Source: an uncultured Planctomycetota bacterium (lineage in GTDB: Bacteria; Planctomycetota; Planctomycetia; Gemmatales; Gemmataceae). From it: a DNA stretch of 64,000 nucleotides. Positions within the stretch are counted from its first letter, which is position 1. Every line of letters starts with the position of its first letter. The stretch is taken from positions 192,001 to 256,000 of the forward strand of contig CAWKHF010000004.1 in the NCBI GenBank assembly GCA_963849325.1, given 5' to 3'. The notes beneath the pieces were generated by a model that worked only from the letters and a program-made list of their open reading frames with translations, had not been told where the DNA came from and did not search any database. Positions 53,723-64,000 of the stretch are shown here, one piece after another. Made by a program: the position numbers and the translations under genes.

Positions 53723-54805
53723 ATGAACGGTTTCACGGTTCGCAACGACCCCTGTACGTTCGACTTTCTCGCCCTGGGGGCACTCATCCATCGCCTCGAT
53801 CCAGGCGTGGTCCCTTTTCGCAAGGCCCGTTCGTTCGACATCCATGTCTCCGGCGGCGAGTACAACGTCGCCGCGGGGCTGTCGGATTGCTTCGGCCTGC
53901 GGACGGCCCTCGCCACCGCCATGGTCAACTACGGTATCGGCGAACTGGTGCAGACGCGCCTGCGCGAAACGGGAGTCACGCCGTTTTACAAGTGGTTCGA
54001 GCACGATGGCGTGCGCGGACCGAATATCGCCACCGTTTACAGCGACCGCGGCCAGGGCGTGCGCGCCCCCGTCGTCTTCTACAACCGCGCCAACGAGGCC
54101 GGCGCCCTGCTCAAGCCCGGCGACTTCGACTGGTCGGTCCTCTGCGCCGGCGGCGTCCGCTGGTTCCACTCCGGCGGCATCTTCGCTTCCCTGTCCGAGA
54201 CCACCTCGGAACTGATCGTCGAGGGCATGCAGGCCGCCCGATCCGCCGGCGCCGTCGTCTCCTTCGACCTCAATTATCGAGCGAAATTGTGGGCGTCGGC
54301 CGGAGGGCTGGAACGCGCCCAGCAAGTGCTCCGTCGCATCGTCGCCAACGTGGACGCACTGATCGGCAACGAAGAGGACCTGCAAAAGGGACTCGGCATT
54401 GCCGGTCCCGACGTGACGACCCGGTCCCAGCTCGATCCCGACACGTTCTTCCGCATGATCGATCGCGTCGTCGAACAGTTTCCCAACATCAAGCTGGTGG
54501 CGACGACGTTGCGCGAAGTGCATTCGACCAATCGCCACGACTGGGCAACGGTGTTGTGGCTGCAAGGTCAGCGCTTCGTCAGTCCGACGTGTCACCTGGA
54601 TGTCATCGACCGTATCGGCGGCGGCGATGGTTTCGCCGCCGGCGTGATTTACGGCCTGATCACCGGACGATCGCCGGAAGAGTCTCTCCGCCTCGGTTGG
54701 GCGCACGGCGCGCTGCTGACCACCTATCACGGCGACGTGACCATGGCCCGGCTGGAAGAGGTGGAGACGTTGGCCCGAGGCGGCTCGGCCCGCGTGCAGC
54801 GCTGA
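53723..54805 (+). CDS. kdgK: PfkB sugar kinase (2-keto-3-deoxygluconate kinase-like)
   Basis: GGEYNVA, FDLNYRAKLW, NEED, DRIGGGDGF. Confidence 0.8.
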   Translation: MNGFTVRNDPCTFDFLALGALIHRLDPGVVPFRKARSFDIHVSGGEYNVAAGLSDCFGLRTALATAMVNYGIGELVQTRLRETGVTPFYKWFEHDGVRGPNIATVYSDRGQGVRAPVVFYNRANEAGALLKPGDFDWSVLCAGGVRWFHSGGIFASLSETTSELIVEGMQAARSAGAVVSFDLNYRAKLWASAGGLERAQQVLRRIVANVDALIGNEEDLQKGLGIAGPDVTTRSQLDPDTFFRMIDRVVEQFPNIKLVATTLREVHSTNRHDWATVLWLQGQRFVSPTCHLDVIDRIGGGDGFAAGVIYGLITGRSPEESLRLGWAHGALLTTYHGDVTMARLEEVETLARGGSARVQR

Positions 54806-54811
54806 GAGTGT

Positions 54812-56891
54812 TTAAACGAGATACTCTTCCAGTTGGCGGAAGAGCGGACCCAGGGTCGGCTCGTAGTGCTTCCAGCGCGCCACGGAGCGGTTGTAGACGG
54901 GCTGTCGGACCTGGAGGACGCTGGCGGTGCGGATGGGACGCTGCGTGCGGTGGAACTGCAAGCAGGCCGGCTCCCACTCCAGTCCGCACCACTCCACCAA
55001 CCGCCGAGCCACACCCTCCAGGTCGCGCACCGTGTCCTCGTAATCGATGTGCAGCAGCGTCCCCGGCAGTACCCGCGACCAATGCTCCAGGATGCGGCGA
55101 TAGTCGCGGAAGCGAGCGGCGATGTGGTCCGGGTCGTTGGCCCAGCGGACCTGGTGGAAGTGCGTCATCCAGCACGACACGGCCACGTCGCGTAGATCGC
55201 GGCGGCAGTGAATGAACCTGGCACGCGGAAACAAGACGTGTAAGAGACCCAAATACATGTAATTGTCCGGCATCTTATCCGTCACGCGCCAGGCGGTGCC
55301 GTTCAGCGCGTGCAGTTTCTCCAGATGACGGCCGGCGATCTGTTGCAAGGTGGGACGGTCGAGACGCTCGAGCGCGGCAAAGCACGCGGTTTCGTCGCCG
55401 CCGGGGGCGAGGGCGTTGAAATCTTCGCGTCCCAGGCGCAGCTCGCCGGCGCCGAAGACCTGGGAATGGCTGGCGAGAATCTGTTCGAGCAGAGTGGTGC
55501 CGGAGCGCGGCAGACCGACGAGGAAGACCGGCCGCTCGCTGTCCAGACCCCAGCCGTTCACGCTCGCAAAGAACTCCGGCGTAAAGGTGGACAGAAGCCG
55601 ATCGACAAAGCGCGTGTGGGCGGCGGGTTCGTAAACTCGGCCGCACTGCCTGCGACTGGCGCTTTCGAGGGCGTTGGCCTGGCGAAGGCATTCGCCGGCC
55701 CGCTCGTAGGCACCGCGGGCGTCGTAGACGTGAGCCAGACCAAAGAGCAGCGGCGCACGCCGGGCGTCGGAACCCGCGAGGTCGGCGGCCAGCTGTTCCA
55801 TCGCCTGCACGTCCGCCTCCGGCAGCTTGCCCCGCAACAGGAAGGCGAGGTAGGCATAAGCGCCGACGTGACGCGGGTCGTACGCGCACTGCCTCGCGCA
55901 GGTGGGACTCGGCGGAGGTCAAGTCGTTCAGCTGCTCCAGTACCTGACCTAGGCTGTAGTGCCCCTCGGCGTAGCGCGGGTCCAGCCGCAGCGCCGTGCG
56001 AAAGCAGGCAAGGGCCTTTTCGTAGTCGTGACGCTCGGCCAGCGTGGTTCCGAGGTTGGCGTGGAAGCTGGCCGTGTTCGGTTCCAGGCGGATGGCCTGC
56101 TCGTGCCGGAGCACGGCGTCGTCGAGTTGACCCTGCTCGCGCAAGAGAGTGCCTATGTTGTCGTGGGCCAAGGCGAAGTTCGGCTGCCAACGCAGGGCCT
56201 CGTCGTAACAGGCCCGGGCTTCGGCCGGCTGGCCCAAAGCGGACAACACGTTGCCCAGATTGTTGTGGGCGAGAACGAGGCCCGGCTGCAAGCGAACCGC
56301 CGTCTGACAGTGTTCCAGGGCCGCGGTCAACTGCGCTTCTTGCAGGAGCATCTGTCCCAGGTTGCTGTGGGCCAGCGCCAGGTTCGCGTCCAGTTCGATG
56401 GCATGGCGGAAGTGGGCCATGGCCTGCGGGGCGTCGCCGAGCAGGCGGCAAGCGTTGCCGAGGTTGTTGTGGGCCAGGGCGAAATCCGGCCGCAGTCGTA
56501 TCGCCGTCTGGAACTGCTCGGCCGCGTCGGCCGGACGATTCTGGTCCAGGAGCACAAGGCCCAGCTGGTTGTGCCAGACAGGATTGTTCGGCCGGAACTG
56601 CAGGGCCAGGCGATAACAATTGGCGGCCAGGTCCAACTGCCCGACCGCACGATACGCATCGCCCAGGGTGGCGTGAAAGCCGGCCTCGCTCGGAAAGAGG
56701 GCGATGGCCCGCCGGATCAGCTCGATGGCTTGGTTCGGCTGGCCCATGTGCAGATGGACCAAGCCCAGCAGAGGCAGAGCGCGCGGGTGGTTGGGCTCCG
56801 ACGACAGAATATCGCGGTAGAGTCGAGCCGCCTGCTCCAGCTCGCCACGCTGATGATGCTCTAGGGCCGTCGCTAACAGGGATGAGGACAT
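54812..56891 (-). CDS. TPR-repeat sulfotransferase (frameshift near 55870)
   Basis: About 10 TPRs (AHNNLG); PAPS motifs GLPRSGTTLLEQIL and RDLRDVAVSC. Confidence 0.88.
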
Positions 56892-56907
56892 AGTTCGATT
56901 TCGATTG

Positions 56908-56978
56908 AGGGAATAGGGAATAGGGAATAGGGAATAGGGATCGGTTTTTCTCGTCCCTATTCCCTATTCCCTATTCCC
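56908..56978. repeat. Inverted blocks of GGGAATA/TATTCCC heptamers
   Basis: Four units, spacer, three reverse-complement units. Confidence 0.85.
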
Positions 56979-56984
56979 TCGTTC

Positions 56985-59825
56985 TCACATCGTCAAAATC
57001 GGGAACTGCTGAATCTGGCTCTGCTCGAATGCCAGGATCGCCGCGATGTACTGGTAGAGGTAATCGATATACATGCCCTGATCGGCGAACGAGGCAGAGG
57101 CGGAGCCGAAGGGACCGCTGTAGGAGGCGATCAGCGCGTGCGGAGAGATCAGATAGGGGAATGCCTGGGGGCTAAAGAACGGGGTGATGATGCGGGCGGT
57201 GGCCACCCCATTTTGCACGCTGGCGTTGACCGTCTGGCCGGCGACCTGGAACGTGATGACGCCCTGGTTGACCGACGAGACGCCCGGCGCCAGCACCTGA
57301 GCGGTTACCGTCTCGATCTGGAACAGGCCGAACGGATACTGGTTCTGCACGCTGGTAATGTTGACGGTGGTGGACGAGACGGGCGTGGGCGTGGGTGTGG
57401 GTGTAGGTGTGGGCGTGGGCGTGGGCGTGGACGAGAGGACGAACAGGCCGCCGGTGCCGCTGCCGTTGGCGAAGGCCGGGCTCTTGGCCGTGTCGGTGTA
57501 GACCGCCGCGATGGTGAAGGCGCCGGGTCCGTAACTCGCCGGCAACGTAACGGTCGTGGAGGCGACCCCGGTGGTGGTGTTGACCTTGGCGGTCACGGGA
57601 GGCAGAGAAAAGACCGTGAAGGCAACCTGGCCTTCCGTCACCGGCGTGCCGCCGGAAGTCAGCGTGGCCGACACGGTTATCTGCTGGCTGCTCGAACTGA
57701 ATGGGACGGTCACGTTGTTGACGTTGACGATGGTGCCCAGGTTGCCGGTCTCGACGGCGCCCAGATCGACCGGCCCGGCGGCCGGACGCGCTACGCCGCG
57801 CTGATCGACCAGGGGCAGGGTGATACCGGGGATGTTTGGATTGGCGGCGCCGACGGCTGGACTGTTCAGTTGGGGCGCCATGGTGAACTCGGGTCCGCCG
57901 TTGTTTTGCAACGGCCCCAGGTTGGGGCTGGAGAAGTTGTCGAGGATGACGGCAGGGTCGAGCACCGTGATGCCGTTGCCGTCGTGGACGGCGCTGCTGG
58001 GCACCAGGTTGGTGTTGCCGGTGATGGTGGCGGTGTTGTTGGTGGGGGCGTTGCGGTCGTAGGTGGCGTTGTTGATGAGATCATCGACGCCGGTATTTTG
58101 ACCGATGATGCTGTTGTACAAGGTCAGGGTGGCGTTTTGGGCGGTGAAGGGGTTGCTGTCGGGCGTGATGCCGTAGGCAATGCTGTAGACGCCGCCGCCG
58201 GTGCCGATGCCGTTGGGATTGGGCGAGGTGGACTTCGAGGAGCCGAGTCCCGCCAGGGCGCTGTTGCCGGCGACGGTGGCGTAGGTGAGGGTAAGGGAGC
58301 CGTTGAGGTTGAAGATGCCGCCGCCGAAGCCGTCGCCGCCGGTGCCCTGGCTGGTGAGCTTGATCGTACCCGGTATGGAACCTCCCTTGGAGGTGAAGAT
58401 GCCGGTGTTGGTGGTGGTGGAGCCGTTGACGGAGCCGCCCTCCGCGGTGTTGCCGCTGATGGTGCTGTTGACGATGTTGGCGGTGCCGAACATGTTGAAG
58501 ATGGCGCCGCCGAAACCGCCGCCGCCGCCGCCGTCGCCGCCGGCGCCGAAGCCGGCGCCGCCGTTACTGCTGCCGAAGCCGCCCGTAGCGAAGTCGGCAC
58601 CGCCGCCGCCGAAACCGCCCATGCCGAAATCTCCGCCGCCGCCGCCGCCGAAGCCGCCCTGACCGCCCGGAGCCCCAGGCAGCCCGCCCCGCCGGAACTT
58701 CCCGGTAAAGCCGAAGGGGGAGCCTTCCGCGCCGCCGCCGCCGACCCCGCCGCCGCCGCCGGCATAGCTGCCGAGAAGGCCGCCGGAGCCGAACGCGCCG
58801 CCGTGGCCTCCTTGCAGCTTGACCTTGCTCGTGTTGTTGAAGCCATCGCCGCCGCCGCCGCCATCGCCGCCGCCGCCGTTGCCGATGGTATAGTTGGTGC
58901 CGAGCTGGCTGACGCCGCCGCCGCCGCCTGGGACAAAACTGGCGGTGCCAGGGGCTCCATCTTGCGTGAAGCCGGCGCCGCCGCCGCCCGAGCCGTGAGG
59001 ATAATTGCCATTTCCGCCTTGCGGGAGCACGCCGATGTCGAAGCCCGGGGCGCCGCCGAAGCCGCCGCCGTCGCCGAAGGCGTCCGCATTGCCGCTCAGG
59101 CTGGGGTTTTGCGTGTCGGTGTTGTCGTCCATGCCGCCGCCGCCGCTGCCGATGGCGAAGCCGTTGAGCCGGGCGATACCGGACTCGCCGCCCTTGGCCG
59201 TGTTGCCGGTTAGGGTCACGCCGTCGAGGTTCAACGTACCCATGTTGAAGATGGCCCCGCCCGCCCCCATGCCGCCGCCGCCCTCGAAGCTGGCGCCGCC
59301 CACGGCGCTGCCGCCCTCCAGCGTCACGTTGTTCAGCGTCAGGTCGCCGGCCGACATGGCCGTGATGACGCCCGAAAGATTGGGACCGCCCGAAACCATG
59401 AAGAGGCGGAAGTCGGGCGTGCCGGCGGCGGTGCTACGGGCGATGGTGCTGTTGTTGCCGTTGATGGTGACGTTGTTGGTGATGACCGGCAGACCCGCGG
59501 CGCCGTACCAGTAGCCGGTCAGACCGCTGGTGCTGGCGACGTAGACCTGGTTCAGGGTGTACGTCGCTCCCGTGGCCAGGTTGATGGTGGCGCCGCCGGA
59601 GGTGGCATCCGCTTCATTGATCGCCGTAATCAGCGCCGTCGTGTCGCCGACCGTCGGCTGGCCGGGCAGCGTGCCCACGTTGATGACCGCGGCCGGCACC
59701 AGCCGCGTTTCCAGCATCTCCAGCATCGGCCGCGTGCGCGGCCGCTTCCAACGATTGCGTGCCACCGGGGTCCGGTGAGGAAACAGCCAGCGACGCAGGC
59801 GGCGCAACCACAGAGAGCGGGTCAT
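56985..59825 (-). CDS. Large Gly-rich surface protein (LExLExR export motif, choice-of-anchor-Q-like, Ig-like domains, PT linker)
   Basis: LEMLETRLVP; GGGG-rich core; LGPLQNNGGP..SPAV..DQRG..DLGAVE; (TP)n. Confidence 0.82.
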   Translation of the reverse strand: MTRSLWLRRLRRWLFPHRTPVARNRWKRPRTRPMLEMLETRLVPAAVINVGTLPGQPTVGDTTALITAINEADATSGGATINLATGATYTLNQVYVASTSGLTGYWYGAAGLPVITNNVTINGNNSTIARSTAAGTPDFRLFMVSGGPNLSGVITAMSAGDLTLNNVTLEGGSAVGGASFEGGGGMGAGGAIFNMGTLNLDGVTLTGNTAKGGESGIARLNGFAIGSGGGGMDDNTDTQNPSLSGNADAFGDGGGFGGAPGFDIGVLPQGGNGNYPHGSGGGGAGFTQDGAPGTASFVPGGGGGVSQLGTNYTIGNGGGGDGGGGGDGFNNTSKVKLQGGHGGAFGSGGLLGSYAGGGGGVGGGGAEGSPFGFTGKFRRGGLPGAPGGQGGFGGGGGGDFGMGGFGGGGADFATGGFGSSNGGAGFGAGGDGGGGGGFGGAIFNMFGTANIVNSTISGNTAEGGSVNGSTTTNTGIFTSKGGSIPGTIKLTSQGTGGDGFGGGIFNLNGSLTLTYATVAGNSALAGLGSSKSTSPNPNGIGTGGGVYSIAYGITPDSNPFTAQNATLTLYNSIIGQNTGVDDLINNATYDRNAPTNNTATITGNTNLVPSSAVHDGNGITVLDPAVILDNFSSPNLGPLQNNGGPEFTMAPQLNSPAVGAANPNIPGITLPLVDQRGVARPAAGPVDLGAVETGNLGTIVNVNNVTVPFSSSSQQITVSATLTSGGTPVTEGQVAFTVFSLPPVTAKVNTTTGVASTTVTLPASYGPGAFTIAAVYTDTAKSPAFANGSGTGGLFVLSSTPTPTPTPTPTPTPTPVSSTTVNITSVQNQYPFGLFQIETVTAQVLAPGVSSVNQGVITFQVAGQTVNASVQNGVATARIITPFFSPQAFPYLISPHALIASYSGPFGSASASFADQGMYIDYLYQYIAAILAFEQSQIQQFPILTM

Positions 59826-60143
59826 GGGAGCAAATCCTAGCAAGAAAGATGTCGCGGATGTACAGTCCGGAAGGAGAAGGCCCGATGAACCGCGGAGCAT
59901 GGGATGGGGTGATGCCGACTCGGCCAAGTAAGGTGAAGCGCCCCCAACACCAAAATGAACGGCCCTTCCGTCCGTAACCCAGTTCCGGCAATTTGGGTTC
60001 CATGTATGTATACCCGTTGCTTGAAAAGACCGCAATGGAAAAATGCGAAAATTAGAGAAAAGGAAGGGGCGTAAAAAGGGTAAAGGCGAGGGAGTTGAAA
60101 CAGCGAGAATAGTCGAGACGGGCGAACGGAGCCGCGCTGCTCT

Positions 60144-60202
60144 CCGAGCCGCGACCGTAAGGGAGCGGGGCTGGCCCCCGCTCCCTTACGGTCGCGGCTC
60201 GG
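60144..60202. repeat. REP-like palindrome (family B)
   Basis: GAGCCGCGACCGTAAGGGAGCGG...CCGCTCCCTTACGGTCGCGGCTC. Confidence 0.85.
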
Positions 60203-60234
60203 TTGGGTCCGCTCGTTCGAAGCCGCAAGCGGCT

Positions 60235-61422
60235 TCAGAAGCGCAGGCTCAGTCCGACGTTGAGACCCTGGGCCGAGAAGTCGGTGCTATTCCAGTTGAA
60301 CGCCGGGCGAGCGGGACCGGCCACCGACGGATTAAAGGACACCGACGACGGCACCTCGGCGGGGTTGACGCCGCGGTCGATCAGGTTGCCGGGACGGGCC
60401 ACGTTGCTGACGTACAGGACAGTCCAGCCGGCGATTAGTCGAATCTGCGGCGTAATCTCGAAGCTCAGCCACATCTGCCCTTCGGGGATCACGGCCGGCA
60501 TGTCGCGCGAATAGCTGCCGCTGTTGCTGCTCAGGGCGAGCAGGCCGCCCGGCAGAGTGCGGTTCAAGTTGTTCGGGCCGGTCACGTTCGTGGAGCCGTT
60601 GATCGTGGCGAACTCGTTGATGCCGCCGACCGCCACCTTGCCGGTGGCGTTGAGGCAGAAGCGCCACCACACCAGGCCGAACTGAGCGCCGACCTGTCCG
60701 CCGTAGAACTGATTGTGCGTGCGAAACTGGTCCTGGATGGACAGCGTGCTGCCCGGCGGGATGGCCAGGCCGCCGAACGCGCTTCGGCCCAGCGGCAGTA
60801 CGGTGGTTGTCTGGGCGATGTCGAGTTCGTCATTGAGGCTGAGGTAACGGCCGCCGGCCAGCAGGTTGAAGTAATGAAGGACGTCGTCATCGCGGTTGCC
60901 GCGAACCGTGGGGAACATCAAGTTGGCGTCGGCGCCGAGCAGAGACGTCGTCGAGGCGAAATTGATGCTGCCGCGGAAGGCGCCGGGGGACGAGACGAAC
61001 AGCACGTCCTCCACGCCGGTGGCGGTGTCGAAGATCGGCCGGCCCAGTACCGGCGAGCCGGACGTGCCAGAGCCGAAGTCCCGAGTGGTGGCGTGCTGAG
61101 CGAGCTGGAAGTAACTGCCTTCGATGCCGAAAGTATTGGCGGTGTTGAGCCAGCCGCCGCCGACGCGGTAGCCGCTGGAAGGACCGCTGTTGAAGAGATT
61201 GTTGTCTCCACCGGCGAGGACTTGCGTGCCGGTACGACCGAGGGCCGGGCTGGCCGAGCCGGTGGTCAAGAGCGGTTGCGGCGTGGGAGAGGTGCTCAGC
61301 CACCACAACAGGTATTCGCCGTACAACCAGGTACGCATGCTGGTGTCCGGCTCGGCGTCGGCGCAGGCTGAGCCGGCCAGCGCCAGGACAGCCAGGATCG
61401 CAGCCAGAAAGCCTCGTTTCAT
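60235..61422 (-). CDS. BBP7-family outer-membrane beta-barrel protein
   Basis: Signal peptide, EYLLWW, NQFYGGQVG, VARPG, terminal GLNVGLSLRF beta-signal. Confidence 0.82.
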   Translation of the reverse strand: MKRGFLAAILAVLALAGSACADAEPDTSMRTWLYGEYLLWWLSTSPTPQPLLTTGSASPALGRTGTQVLAGGDNNLFNSGPSSGYRVGGGWLNTANTFGIEGSYFQLAQHATTRDFGSGTSGSPVLGRPIFDTATGVEDVLFVSSPGAFRGSINFASTTSLLGADANLMFPTVRGNRDDDVLHYFNLLAGGRYLSLNDELDIAQTTTVLPLGRSAFGGLAIPPGSTLSIQDQFRTHNQFYGGQVGAQFGLVWWRFCLNATGKVAVGGINEFATINGSTNVTGPNNLNRTLPGGLLALSSNSGSYSRDMPAVIPEGQMWLSFEITPQIRLIAGWTVLYVSNVARPGNLIDRGVNPAEVPSSVSFNPSVAGPARPAFNWNSTDFSAQGLNVGLSLRF

Positions 61423-61597
61423 TACCCAACTCCCTCGTGCCGGCGTTCGCCGCCTGTTGCCTGGACTGCTTGCGGCCTACCCTCCATAAAGCCATCGGAA
61501 TCCCCAGACGCGGAAGTACAGGGAAAAGCAGCGAAACACGCCCTCTCCCGGCTTCCCTCACAACCCGCACTCTCGCCGCAAACCGCCCTCCTTGACG

Positions 61598-61712
61598 AAA
61601 AGGATCTCGCGCAAAGGCGCAAAGGACGCAAAGCAAGACAAAGAAGGAAATCAGGTTCGATTCTTCTTGTTTTTTCCTTTGCGTTCTTTGCGCCTTTGCG
61701 TGAGATCCTTTT
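61598..61712. repeat. Long inverted repeat with 8-9-bp periodic arms (family E-like)
   Basis: AAAAGGATCTCGCGCAAAGGCGCAAAGGACGCAAAG ... CTTTGCGTTCTTTGCGCCTTTGCGTGAGATCCTTTT. Confidence 0.85.
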
Positions 61713-61747
61713 TGTGAGAGCTTCTTTATCTCCGTGGATACTGCTGT

Positions 61748-64000
61748 CTATTCCTGGCCTTCCTCGTGGCCGTGTCCGTGACCGCGATGCTTCTTTCGAC
61801 CATGCCCCTGACCGGGAGGATGGCCTTGATCGTGACGGGGTTCATTTCCGTGGTCGTGTTCCTCGTCGTGAGGGGGACCATGATCGGGACCGTGCTCCGG
61901 GCCTCGGTGGTGCCCACGGCCGGGACGGCGACGACGGCGACGATGGCCCTCGCCAGGGCCGTGCTCCTCCTCGGCGGGACCACGACCGGGGCCGGCATCG
62001 TCCCCGCCGTCGTCGCCGTGCTCCTCGCCGTCCTCTTCCTCGTCCTCCTTCTCTTCACGCACGGCGAGCGAGTAGAGGGCCGGCGTGACCACGAGGGTGC
62101 TGAACAAACTGGACAGCAGACCGCCGATGACGGCACGGCCGAGCGGGGCGTTGGCCTCGCTGCCTTTCTCCAAGCGCCAACGACATCGGAATCAGGGCCA
62201 GGATCGCCGCCGCCGTCGTCATGACCACGGGACGCACGCGGACCTTGGCCGCCGCGACAATCGCCTCGGTCGGATTCAGCTTCTCCTCACGCTGCTTGCT
62301 TCTCGGCGAAGTCGGTCAGCAGCACCTTGTGCGACACGATGATGCCGACCACGAAGATCACGCCCAAGAGCGATTGCACGTTGATCGCCGTGCCCGTCAG
62401 AAACAGCATGGGGATGATGCCGAGCAGGCCCAGCGGCACCGCATACATGATCAAGCAGCGGCACGATGTACGAATCCAGCAGCGCCACCATGAGGAAGTA
62501 GACGAAGACGACGGCCAGGGTCAGACCGATGCCGAACTGGGTGAAAGTGTTCGTCATGTGTCCGTATTCGCCGCTGAGCTTCATCTTGGTGCCCGCCATC
62601 AGCTTCTGATGGCTGGGGTCTTCCGGGTCGAAGGGCAGCCAGATGGCCCCAGTCTGCTCTTGCTGGCCGATCGAAGACCCGAACGATTTCTTTTGTGGCC
62701 TGCCGAACTGGTTGAGGAGACGTTCGATGTCGTCGGCGACGTGGCCGAGGTCGCGGCCATGAACGTTCATCTCCAGGTCGATGGCCGATTGCAGATTGTC
62801 GTGCGTGACCTCGGCGGCGATGCTGGCCGCCTTGAGCGTTACGAAATTGCTCAGCGGCACCGCCTGATTTTGCACCGGACTGGTGATCGAGACATTGAGT
62901 ACCGTCTCCAGCGACTTGATGTCGTCCTCGGGGTACTGCACGCCGACGAAGTATTGGTTCTGGCTCTTGGGATCGATCCAGAAGTTCTTCTTGTTGAACT
63001 GGATGCTGGAGTTGAGGGCCGAGATGACGTTCTTCATGACCCCTTCCTGCGTCAAGCCCACGGTGCGGGCCTTGGCCCGGTCCACCTCGATGACGTACTC
63101 GGGATAGTCCAGGCGCTGCAGGATGCGGGCATCGACCACGCCGTCGATCTTCTTGACCTCGCGGAGAATTCGCTCGGCCAGTTTGCGCGATTGCCGCGCG
63201 TGCTTGCCCTCGATGCGGAGGTTGATCGGCGTCGGCCGTCCTTCGTTGAGGGCATGCGGATGGTGCCGCCGGTGTTGAAGGCGAACTCCAGGTCGGAGAA
63301 CTCCTTGGCCCGGGCGAACTTCGTTCGCAGCGCCTGGCGTAAAACTGGGCGGTGTTGCTCGCGTTTCTCCTTGAGTTGGATGCGCACGATCGTGTCCATC
63401 GGGCCGGAGTTGGGTGTATAGGCCGCCGACCAGTCGGCCCAGACGCCCAGCTCGCTGATGACCAGGTCCAGGTCGTCGCCGAGGGTCTCCTTGACGACTT
63501 TCTCGACTCTTGGCGATCCGCTCCTCGGTTCGCTCGATGCGGGTGCCGCTGGAGGCGCGGACGAACATCTCAAAGGCGCCGGCATCGACCTCGGGGAAGA
63601 ACTCACGGCCCATGAACGGCCCGACGCCGACGACCAACAGGATCAGCAGCACCAGCGGCGCCAGCACGACCAGCCAGCGATGGTTCATCGCCCAGTCGAG
63701 TCGGCGGCCATACCAGGCCGATGCCGGCGTCAATCCACCCTTCCCAGCGCGCGTAGCGCGCGGGCAATCCATCCCTTGGGCCGCTCCGGCGGCGTCTCGG
63801 CGTCCCGTTGCGGACTCGCCTGTCCGCGCCGGGCGCCTCGCGCTGGACGTGTTCGCTGCGGCCCTCTTCTTCCCTCGCCTCTCGCCTCTCGCCTCTGGCC
63901 CCTCGGTGGGCTTGACGGTGCGGTTTCAGCCAGGTGGCGCAGCGCGAGGGGATGAACGAGCGGGACAGGACGTAGGCGATGGCCATGGCGAAGGCGACGG
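61748..64000 (-). CDS. RND efflux permease (AcrB/CzcA-like), 5'-partial, multiple frameshifts
   Basis: [32 protein letters not shown]; His-rich tail. Confidence 0.85.

Noticed and set aside
58285-59300. Mycobacterial PE-PGRS gene acquired horizontally
   Set aside because: Similarity is only low-complexity Gly repeats; no PE domain, and the N-terminus is planctomycete-type

Overview
High-GC chromosomal DNA whose gene families (LExLExR-motif surface protein, BBP7 beta-barrel, WD40/PQQ propellers, FHA proteins, dense palindromic intergenic repeats) point to a Planctomycetota, probably Gemmataceae, genome (inference). Many genes are split by single-base indels, most likely long-read consensus errors. 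The backbone is housekeeping: tsaE, a fabF-like gene, nth, pepT, tRNA-Met(CAT), lhr, a PPTase, mlaEFD, ung, a kdgK-like kinase and an RND pump. Notable items: (1) a secreted C25/gingipain-like peptidase + inactive transglutaminase-7TM + ATP-grasp ligase triad, continuing into NRDE/TANGO2 + P450; (2) an integrase-less integron cassette array with one textbook attC site, carrying T5orf172, a small exported protein and hicBA; (3) a TerY + YegI-type kinase locus with a membrane alpha/alpha-barrel protein where the PP2C normally sits, next to an Rpn gene with a clear intragenic antitoxin start; (4) a non-coding, origin-like region with ten CCA motifs in exact 10-bp phase; (5) an 89-bp MITE with a TTA duplication nested in a REP; (6) a BBP7 + Gly-rich surface protein + TPR-sulfotransferase cluster. 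All calls come from reading motifs by eye; no database searches were run.
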